A DNA stretch of 64,000 bases, from NCBI GenBank assembly GCA_021741645.1, contig JAIOXK010000002.1:23982-87981 (forward strand), written 5' to 3'. The position numbers were made by a program, and so were the translations under genes. The notes beneath the pieces were generated by a model. The model worked only from the letters and a program-made list of their open reading frames with translations, was not told the DNA's origin and made no database searches. Within the stretch, counting starts at the first letter, position 1. Each line of letters begins with the position of its first letter. Below, piece by piece: positions 57,130-64,000 of this stretch. Source of the stretch: Candidatus Nanopelagicales bacterium (GTDB taxonomy: Bacteria > Actinomycetota > Actinomycetes > S36-B12).

Positions 57130-57815
57130 ACCTGACCCCCCGCACCCTGGGCCTGGCAGTCGCCGCCACCGTGACCGGATGCACAGTCCTGGGCATCATG
57201 ACCAGCCTCGACCTTGCCAGCGCCCACCCCAACGCACATAACGCCCCCGCCGCGGGCCCGGCGACGGCCCTGCCCTCCCTCGCTGCCGCGCTCGGCGATT
57301 CCGCCGTCACAGCGACGGAGATCGCGTCACCGCCACGTGAGGCCTCTCCGACTGCCACGGTGCCCGGCCCCCCGACCGAGTCCGCGAGCGCGTCCGACGA
57401 TCGTGTCCCCTCCCCGGGGGACACGACCCCTGACGGGCCGTCGCCGACACCCGCGCGCACCGCGGCCCCCCGCCCCACCCCGACTCCGCCTCCGCCTCCG
57501 TCAACGACGCCTGCCGCGCGTCCCGCACCGGCCGCATCCCCGTCAGCGTCGCGGCCACGTCGACCGGTCATCCGGCGCACGACCGTGCGGAACAGCTGGC
57601 AGGCGCCCGTCCTCCAGGCCGGTGCGACGACCCTCACCGTTCCCCGGCTGACGTCCGGTGCTCCCGTCGCGGTGACCGTCGCCTGCTCTCCCCGATCCGG
57701 CTGCGTGATCGCTGGCCCCCAGTTGCAGGTCGCCACGGGCACGTCAGTGACGCTGACGTGGACGGCTCCTGCTCGTCCCGGCTACACGGCCTGGAGGACC
57801 AGCCGTGTCCTGTGA
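57126..57815 (+). CDS. Secreted/membrane Pro-rich hypothetical protein
   Basis: N-terminal hydrophobic segment, Pro/Thr linker, beta-rich C-terminus. Confidence 0.6.
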   Translation: MNLTPRTLGLAVAATVTGCTVLGIMTSLDLASAHPNAHNAPAAGPATALPSLAAALGDSAVTATEIASPPREASPTATVPGPPTESASASDDRVPSPGDTTPDGPSPTPARTAAPRPTPTPPPPPSTTPAARPAPAASPSASRPRRPVIRRTTVRNSWQAPVLQAGATTLTVPRLTSGAPVAVTVACSPRSGCVIAGPQLQVATGTSVTLTWTAPARPGYTAWRTSRVL

Positions 57816-57864
57816 TCCCATAGCGAACCTCACAACCACGCGGTGCGCGGATTGCCCGACTGGG

Positions 57865-58545
57865 TCAGGCGCCGATCATCGACCACACGTGCTCAAAGTC
57901 GATGCGTGCTCCCGCCTTGCCGTGAACGGTTCGTGTGCCGTCCAAGTGCTGAGTGATCACGCCAATCACCAGTGCCGCCACGGCGAGTGGATCAAGGCCC
58001 GGACGGATCTCCCCTTGGGCGACGCCGTCTGCGAGGAAGTCCGCGATCGCCTCTTGCCGAGGGACGACGACGTGCTCGCGAACGGCCGACAGGAGTTCAG
58101 GGACGGTGTCGCGGTGCACGATGGCGGTCGCCAGGACGGCCGCGAACACCGGGGTCCTGTCGGCGCCGATAGCCAGCGCCCGGGCCAGGCGCTCGGCAAT
58201 GGTTCCTCCGCCATCCGTCAGGCCCGTGAACGTGGGCACCTGGCGTATCGCCGCGACGGCAAGATCGACCTTGGTGGGGTAGTGCCGGTACACCGTGCGC
58301 TTGCTCGCCCCCGCCCGCTCGGCCACCTCGTCCATCACCATGTCGGCGTAGCCCCGTTCGGCCAGCACTCCCAGGGCGGTGACGGCCAACTGGGTGTGCA
58401 GGCGCTCCCACTCCGCCCCACCCTCCCGGATCCCCAACGGCACCCGGCGACGTCCGCCGGCGGTGCGGTTCTCCGGATTCAGCTCGGCCGCGGCACCGTC
58501 GGTCGGGCTCACGGGGGGCTTCTTCGCGGTGGCCATACGGCACAC
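57865..58545 (-). CDS. TetR/AcrR family regulator
   Basis: GYADMVMDEVAERAGASKRTVYRHYPTK. Confidence 0.9.
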   Translation of the reverse strand: MCRMATAKKPPVSPTDGAAAELNPENRTAGGRRRVPLGIREGGAEWERLHTQLAVTALGVLAERGYADMVMDEVAERAGASKRTVYRHYPTKVDLAVAAIRQVPTFTGLTDGGGTIAERLARALAIGADRTPVFAAVLATAIVHRDTVPELLSAVREHVVVPRQEAIADFLADGVAQGEIRPGLDPLAVAALVIGVITQHLDGTRTVHGKAGARIDFEHVWSMIGA

Positions 58546-58589
58546 CGTAGCAACTTCGTGACATTCACAGGTTTACACCCGCACAGCCG

Positions 58590-58601
58590 TGGGTATACCC
58601 A
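58590..58601. promoter_or_regulatory. Candidate TetR operator
   Basis: Perfect palindrome TGGGTATACCCA between the divergent tetR and FnIII genes. Confidence 0.4.
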
Positions 58602-58652
58602 TCACTGTCAGATTGTTGGCGCAGCTCGCGCCCCGTTGAGGAGGACCGAACG

Positions 58653-59909
58653 ATGACCAGAACCGCCACGTCCGTCCGGATGGCCGCCGCGGCCATGACG
58701 CTTGCCATCCTCGCCGCGCCGATAGCCCTGGCTGGCAGTGCCAGCGCGACGACCCCGGCGGACACCGTGATCGCCGCCGACACCACCTCCGCCCCGCCGG
58801 CCACGCCTGTCACGCCTCCGACTGCTCCGGTGTCGCGGGTCGTCGGGATCGACGCCAGCATCGTGAACGGCCTCGTCGTCACCGGTGCGAAGGGCTCCCC
58901 CGTCACACTGGCCGCGCGTGGGGAGAAGACCCGCACCCTCACACCGAAGGGCACCGCTTCGGCGGTGTTCCGCCAGCTCACCCCCGGCGTCACCTACACC
59001 GTGGCGATCGGTGGCACGAAGGTCGGCACCGGTGTCCCCGTCGCCGCGGTCGCCGGTGCGTACGGGCTGACCGTGTCGACCACCGGCACGCCCGATGAGG
59101 TTCTGCTGCGCTGGAATCACACCCCTGCCAAGGCGCAGGGGTCCATCGGCTTCGAGGTGACGGCGACCCCGATCGCCGCGATCGGCCGTGCGAGCAGCGC
59201 TCCCGTCATCTCGGGGTCCACGACGGCGACGGTCACGACGATGGCCCTGGACCCGACGGTGAAGTACACCCTGTCCGTCACCCCTCGCAACAGTGCGGGC
59301 ACCGGCCCGGCCACCGCCGCGACGATGACCCGCACCCTGGCCGAGATGGGCGGCGCGTCCTCCGTCCCCACCACCCCCGCACCCGCCCCAGCCGCACCGA
59401 CGCCCTCCCCTGCCCCGGCACCGACCCCGGCGGCCGACCCCGGACCCGCACCAGCACCGGCTCCCGCGCCGGGGCCGAGCACGAAGACGATCTACGTTTG
59501 CCCGGCGGACACCACGCCGAACGGTGAGCTGTGCCGGAAGGTCTCGCCCTACACGTGGGACCTGAAGGCGTACACGTATCACGCCGAGTCCTACACCTAC
59601 ACCGCGTACGGTCCCGCCTACACCGTCAGCACCGGGGAGATCGGCCCCGGCCCGACGTGCGCGTCCGGCTGGTACCCCGCGTGGGACACCGACCCGGTCC
59701 GCGGCTCGGTGAACCCGCACTGCGAGCAGACCCGCCAGGACCCCTACACCGCCACCGGCTCCCGCGACGTCAAGGACGCGATACCTGCCGGCTACACCGA
59801 CACCGGCACCGGGTGGACGAAGAAGAACACGCCCCCCGCCGGCTACACCGACGACGGCACCACCTGGGTCATCGACCTGCCCAAAGTCGCGACCGTCGTC
59901 CCCGCTTAA
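58653..59909 (+). CDS. Secreted fibronectin type III-like protein, paralog 1
   Basis: Signal peptide; LTPGVTYTV and LDPTVKYTLSVTPRNSAGTG FnIII-like strands; (PA)n linker; Cys-containing C-domain. Confidence 0.75.
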   Translation: MTRTATSVRMAAAAMTLAILAAPIALAGSASATTPADTVIAADTTSAPPATPVTPPTAPVSRVVGIDASIVNGLVVTGAKGSPVTLAARGEKTRTLTPKGTASAVFRQLTPGVTYTVAIGGTKVGTGVPVAAVAGAYGLTVSTTGTPDEVLLRWNHTPAKAQGSIGFEVTATPIAAIGRASSAPVISGSTTATVTTMALDPTVKYTLSVTPRNSAGTGPATAATMTRTLAEMGGASSVPTTPAPAPAAPTPSPAPAPTPAADPGPAPAPAPAPGPSTKTIYVCPADTTPNGELCRKVSPYTWDLKAYTYHAESYTYTAYGPAYTVSTGEIGPGPTCASGWYPAWDTDPVRGSVNPHCEQTRQDPYTATGSRDVKDAIPAGYTDTGTGWTKKNTPPAGYTDDGTTWVIDLPKVATVVPA

Positions 59910-59975
59910 CCAGTCCACCACTCGAGCACTGCCCAGCCGTCGCCCCAGTCCGACTCAATCGTGAAGGAAGAGACC

Positions 59976-61214
59976 ATGTCCCGCACTCAACGCACCGTGC
60001 ATCTGGCCGCGGCCATCGTGGCCGCCGTCCTGTGCATCCCAGTCGTGGCGGGGCCGGCGTTCGCGACCGGCACCGATCCCGGCCCGGTGATCGCGACCAC
60101 GGCCCTCGGCCCGGTCATCGCCACCGACCCCGCCGCCCCCGCGGCTGTCATCGTCGGGGTCGATGCCAGCCTCCTCGCCGGCCTGTCGGTCACCGGCCAC
60201 GCCGGCAAGACCGTCACCCTCACCACCCCCGGGCAGTCACTCCGCGCCATCACCGTCCCGCCGACCAAGCCCGCGGTGTTCCGCAACCTCACCCCCGGCA
60301 AGGCCTACACCGTCGCCATCGGCGGGATACGGGTCGCCACCGCCACACCCGTCGCCCAGGTCACACCGGCGACCGGACTGGTGGTCCGCGCCTCAACCAC
60401 CCCCGGGCAGGTAGACCTCACTTGGCAGCACACTGCGACACGCGCCACCGGCGGCACCCGGATCAGCTACGACCTCACCGCCACGCCCCTCGCCCCCACA
60501 ACGCGGACGACAGAAGTCGTCTCGGGCACGGCCGCGTCCACGACGGCGTCGCTCTCAGGCCTGGACCCGGACACCCGCTACACGATTATCGTCACCCCGC
60601 GGAACTCCGCGAGCACCGGCAAACCGACCGCCGCGACGATGACAGCATCGCTGGCGCAGATCACCGGCATCACAGTGCCCACCACCACCCCGGCTGCCCC
60701 GACACCCGCGAGCCCCGTCCCGGCCGCGGTGCCCGTCACCCCGACCCCCGCACCCGCCCCAGCACCGGCACCGGCACCGGCCCCCGGTCCTGCTCCGGCT
60801 CCTGCTCCGGCGACGAAGACGATCTACGTCTGCCCGGCAGGGTTCCCGGAGAACAGCGCCGGGGTATGCGAGAAGACCACCGCCTACACGTTCCACACCG
60901 TCACGCAGACCTCGCCGCTGACCTACCACGGGGAGTTCGTGGAGACGTCCCGCACGTACCGAGACTGGGGCACCGACTGGTCGGGAACCACCTGCCCGTA
61001 CGGGGGCACCATGCACGACGGCCACTGCCTGGGCTGGGACATCCAGGGCTACACCCAGCAGGTCAAGGACGCCCCGCCCGCCGGATGGCTCGACAACGGC
61101 AGCACCTACGTCAAGGACGTCCCCGTCAAGGACACGCTGCCCGCCGGGTACGCCGACAACGGCACCGCCTGGGTGCAGACGACCGCGAAGGTCGCCACCG
61201 TCGTTCCGGCCTGA
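59976..61214 (+). CDS. Secreted fibronectin type III-like protein, paralog 2
   Basis: Same architecture; LTPGKAYTV, LDPDTRYTIIVTPRNS; shared TKTIYVCPA and KVATVVPA. Confidence 0.75.
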   Translation: MSRTQRTVHLAAAIVAAVLCIPVVAGPAFATGTDPGPVIATTALGPVIATDPAAPAAVIVGVDASLLAGLSVTGHAGKTVTLTTPGQSLRAITVPPTKPAVFRNLTPGKAYTVAIGGIRVATATPVAQVTPATGLVVRASTTPGQVDLTWQHTATRATGGTRISYDLTATPLAPTTRTTEVVSGTAASTTASLSGLDPDTRYTIIVTPRNSASTGKPTAATMTASLAQITGITVPTTTPAAPTPASPVPAAVPVTPTPAPAPAPAPAPAPGPAPAPAPATKTIYVCPAGFPENSAGVCEKTTAYTFHTVTQTSPLTYHGEFVETSRTYRDWGTDWSGTTCPYGGTMHDGHCLGWDIQGYTQQVKDAPPAGWLDNGSTYVKDVPVKDTLPAGYADNGTAWVQTTAKVATVVPA

Positions 61215-61327
61215 CGTCGGCAGTGGCGTCCGGGTGTCACACCCGGGCACCACTGTTCACCTTGTTTAGGTATTTCGTAGGTCCTCTCGAATCAGGGGGA
61301 CCCATCGCGGACGCAGGGAGAGGGACA

Positions 61328-61513
61328 ATGCCGATCTTCATCATCGTGGCGAGTGTGTTCGCCGTTGTCTGTACAGCGGGGCTGGCGCTGCCAGTCATCG
61401 TCCTCGTCATCGTGGCCTTCGCGTGCCGACGCCCCCCGGAAATCCACGACCCGTGGGCCATCGCGACACTGCCGAGCCGGCGCGGCATCCCCGTCGCCGT
61501 CGTCGTGCCGTGA
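61328..61513 (+). CDS. Small membrane protein
   Basis: GAGGG RBS; hydrophobic; stop overlaps the next GTG. Confidence 0.45.
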   Translation: MPIFIIVASVFAVVCTAGLALPVIVLVIVAFACRRPPEIHDPWAIATLPSRRGIPVAVVVP

Positions 61514-62259
61514 CCGACGATGAGGACTCCCCGCTGACCGAGGTTGAGGCGGCACGGTTCGATGACATCGTCGGACGTGAATGGCCCCGTGCTGACCTCG
61601 GCGAAGCAGCGCCGAGCGACTGTCTGAGCGCTCTGGCCCTCGAGACCGCCGGGCCTGCACCGGGGCACATCACGGTCTACCGGCCCCGCCGGCCCCCACC
61701 GCTGCTCGCGTTGGTCAGCCTCATCACGCTCGGCGCGACGGTAGCGGCGACGCGGCACTGGGGGTTGGCTGCCCTCAACGCAACAGTTGATCGGACGCTC
61801 TCCACTGCTACGCGCCTCGACGCCGCCCACACGGTCGCTCTGGTCGGTGGCGCGGCTGGCGTCGGCGTCCTGGTCTCGCTCACGATGGTCGGCGTCTGGA
61901 CGGTGACTTACGCGCGCTATCGCCTGCGCCGATCGGCCTGGCGCATCGCGCTCACCAGGACTGTGCCCCCCGTAGAGCGCCACATCCGCCCGCCAAGCAT
62001 CGCGACGACCCTGGCGTGGACGGGGACTCTCGTCGGCGTCACCATCGCCGCTGGATGGTGGGTCCCGAACCAGCTCGCTCTGCTCGCCGCCGGTCGATCG
62101 GCGGAACTCGAGCAGCACCTCACGGGTCAGTTGACTCTGGCAGCGATCGCGTGGTCCGGCATCGCCGTAGCGTGCATGACGGGCCTGACCGCGTGGGCCT
62201 GTCGCGAGGGTCGCCACCAGATCCGGGTGACGGCGAATCGATCCCTCACTAGCCCCTGA
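61510..62259 (+). CDS. Hypothetical membrane protein
   Basis: About four TM segments. Confidence 0.55.
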   Translation: MTDDEDSPLTEVEAARFDDIVGREWPRADLGEAAPSDCLSALALETAGPAPGHITVYRPRRPPPLLALVSLITLGATVAATRHWGLAALNATVDRTLSTATRLDAAHTVALVGGAAGVGVLVSLTMVGVWTVTYARYRLRRSAWRIALTRTVPPVERHIRPPSIATTLAWTGTLVGVTIAAGWWVPNQLALLAAGRSAELEQHLTGQLTLAAIAWSGIAVACMTGLTAWACREGRHQIRVTANRSLTSP

Positions 62260-62632
62260 GCGAGCGTCGGCGTCGCCGCGTCGTCCGCCAGGACTGCGAC
62301 ACATCTGCAGTCGTTGATAGGCGTCCACGCGCATCCCACCGGTGGATGCTCGCATTCGCCCCGCTGACCGGTACCCGGTTGTCAGTGCCTCCGGTCGACC
62401 ATCGACTCCCAGACAATCGACCGCAATCCAATGACGTCCCCACGCATGGCGTCGCGAGACGGCCGGATCATTCAGGCAGGGGCGATGGGCCGCCACAAGA
62501 TCGGGTGTCCCGCATGATCTAACTCACTGACACCAAGAGGTAGTTGCGCTTGATCGGTGACGGAACCACCGGCGCTCGTTGGGCGTGCGCATGCGGCGCC
62601 GGCGTTGACGCAACTGAACAGTTCGTGTTCGG

Positions 62633-63769
62633 TCAGTCTCTCGCCACGACGTTGATGATGGCCAAGGCCTCGTCCCAGGCGCCGAGCGTGCTCGGCGCAA
62701 CTGCCAAGTGGATGAGTTGCCGGCGCATCAGGCCGCAGAGTCGGGTGACGGCGGGCGTGAAGGCCATGCCGGACCAGATCACTGCATCGCGGAGGAGTTC
62801 GGCTGGTGAGTCGTAGACAGCCGTGAGCACCCCTTGCGTTTCGCTGATCGCGCGCCATTCGCTGCCAAGGGGCTTCTTGCTGTCAGCGTTGACTAGGGCC
62901 GCGTACGCGGCCACGCCGTCGGGGAGTCGGTCGCCGACCTCTTTGGCGAAGGAACGGACGTCGCTCGACCGGACGGTCTTCTGCTTGGCCTCGGCGACAA
63001 GCCGCGAGGTGTCGTTGACGAGCCAGACATCGCCAGGGGTCTTCCTGCTCGGATCGTTGATGCTCACGGGCGTTTCCACATCGTCACCGTGAACCAGACT
63101 CAGGCAGGCAGCGACAAAGGCCTGACCGCGGCGCCCGTTCTCTGTGTCCGCGATCAGGAAGTTCTCGACCGTGAGCAGTACTTCAACAACTGAGAGGTGT
63201 TCAAGGGCCTGGTAGTCGACTGTCGCAAGGGAAGGAGCATCAGGAACTTCCAGCAGAAAGGCGTCGAGTGCCGCCTCGGCTTGGGCTCGGGTGAAGCCGG
63301 CGACCTCCTCCATCCATCCAACGAGCCGATCCACCGTGGCTGTATTGGCGTTGTCGGACCAGCCGCGCTCCAGCAACTTCTTCTGGTCGTAGACCCCGTT
63401 CACGAACGGAGATGACTTCAGCCCGTTGACGCTGATGCTTCCTTGGGCGACTCCATAGAAGCGCGCCCAGACGCTCTGCGCGCTGTACCGGCCCAGCGGC
63501 GTGGGTTTGCCTCCCACCTGGAGGCTCAGTGGGTTGGCCGCCGCATCCGTCGCCCGGGCGAGAAGGCCAGTGACAACAGCCGCGAAGTGAGTGCGGAACC
63601 TGCTGGCCTGGATCTCCACGCTTCGATCTCGCCACAGAACCGGGAGGGTCACGGCGGCCGCTGGATTCTGCCGGTAGGCCTGCCGCCGCCGCAATGCGTC
63701 GCGTGCGGCGTTCTCGACAGCCTCAAGGTCCAGATGCCACTCCGCTCCTTCCGCAGGCGGGTTCGTCAT
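62633..63769 (-). CDS. Type II restriction endonuclease, SacI family-like
   Basis: VTGLLARAT....PLSLQ....YSAQS, PFVN, PGDVW...EAKQK; directly downstream of a C5 methyltransferase. Confidence 0.75.
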   Translation of the reverse strand: MTNPPAEGAEWHLDLEAVENAARDALRRRQAYRQNPAAAVTLPVLWRDRSVEIQASRFRTHFAAVVTGLLARATDAAANPLSLQVGGKPTPLGRYSAQSVWARFYGVAQGSISVNGLKSSPFVNGVYDQKKLLERGWSDNANTATVDRLVGWMEEVAGFTRAQAEAALDAFLLEVPDAPSLATVDYQALEHLSVVEVLLTVENFLIADTENGRRGQAFVAACLSLVHGDDVETPVSINDPSRKTPGDVWLVNDTSRLVAEAKQKTVRSSDVRSFAKEVGDRLPDGVAAYAALVNADSKKPLGSEWRAISETQGVLTAVYDSPAELLRDAVIWSGMAFTPAVTRLCGLMRRQLIHLAVAPSTLGAWDEALAIINVVARD

Positions 63770-63771
63770 GA

Positions 63772-64000
63772 TCAGGCCGCCGCCTCTGCCTCATCCAGCG
63801 GCAGCACGCCCCATGACAACCCAACTGACGCGAAGAGAGCCCGCGCGACATGCTGGGCGACGCCGACGTTGACTCCATTTCCCACCTGCCTATAGGCCGT
63901 CGCGTCGTCCACGCCCGCTTGCGGGAAGACCCAGTCCGGCAGGCCTTGAAGTCGGCCGGCCTCGATGGGTGTGATGCGGCGGCGGCGCGAGCCGATGATG
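63772..64000 (-). CDS. DNA (cytosine-5) methyltransferase, C-terminal part (truncated by the window edge)
   Basis: RRITPIEAGRLQGLPD and AYRQVGNGVNV are motifs IX and X. Confidence 0.85.
   Translation of the reverse strand, partial: IIGSRRRRITPIEAGRLQGLPDWVFPQAGVDDATAYRQVGNGVNVGVAQHVARALFASVGLSWGVLPLDEAEAAA

Larger units (their letters stand above)
32966..64000. mobile_element. Integrative conjugative element (T4SS-type, MobF); boundaries uncertain, may begin at 27.2 kb and continue past the window
   Basis: Integrase, excisionase, XRE regulators, VirB4/VirD4/VirB6-like genes, NlpC/P60 and MobF relaxase together. Confidence 0.8.

Noticed and set aside
59376..60810. GCACC(G/C)GC tandem repeats as a non-coding repeat element
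   Set aside because: They simply encode the Pro-Ala linkers of the two surface proteins.
58653..61214. Diversity-generating retroelement or shufflon acting on the FnIII paralogs
   Set aside because: No reverse transcriptase, no A-specific TR/VR pair, and no adjacent invertase or inverted sites in the window.

Overview
High-GC, actinobacterial-type accessory DNA that reads as a compound genomic island. Left half (1-27.4 kb): three copies of a ~240-300 bp attP-like unit (~2.3-2.6, 18.3-18.6 and 27.0-27.35 kb). Each holds the 3' half of a tRNA-Thr(CGT) on the minus strand, with 11-bp CCGGG(G/T)CATTT repeats at exactly conserved distances on both sides. The units separate integrase-less cargo cassettes: (A) the end of a catabolic operon; (B) a ~16 kb sugar ABC/catabolism cluster bounded by two paralogous GntR genes and carrying an IS21 insertion; (C) a ~8.7 kb nitrite/NO cluster (membrane-fused Cu nitrite reductase, hemerythrin, DUF2249, Rieske ferredoxin, nitronate monooxygenase). 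Right half: a large protein with a C-terminal PD-(D/E)xK motif, a Fic gene, and a conjugative element (tyrosine integrase, excisionase, two XRE regulators, DUF4192, pentapeptide-repeat protein, NlpC/P60, VirB2/B6/PrgI/VirB4/VirD4-like genes, MobF relaxase-helicase). The element carries a kinase-TPR insert, tandem FnIII-like surface proteins and a SacI-family restriction-modification pair. Eight copies of a ~45-bp bipartite motif (GAATGCGnGGCACC-N9-10-CACCGTTGAC-N3-4-GTAG) sit in front of its operons. A sigma-region-2-like gene divergent from an XRE repressor is a candidate activator. All calls come from reading motifs by eye; no database search was run.
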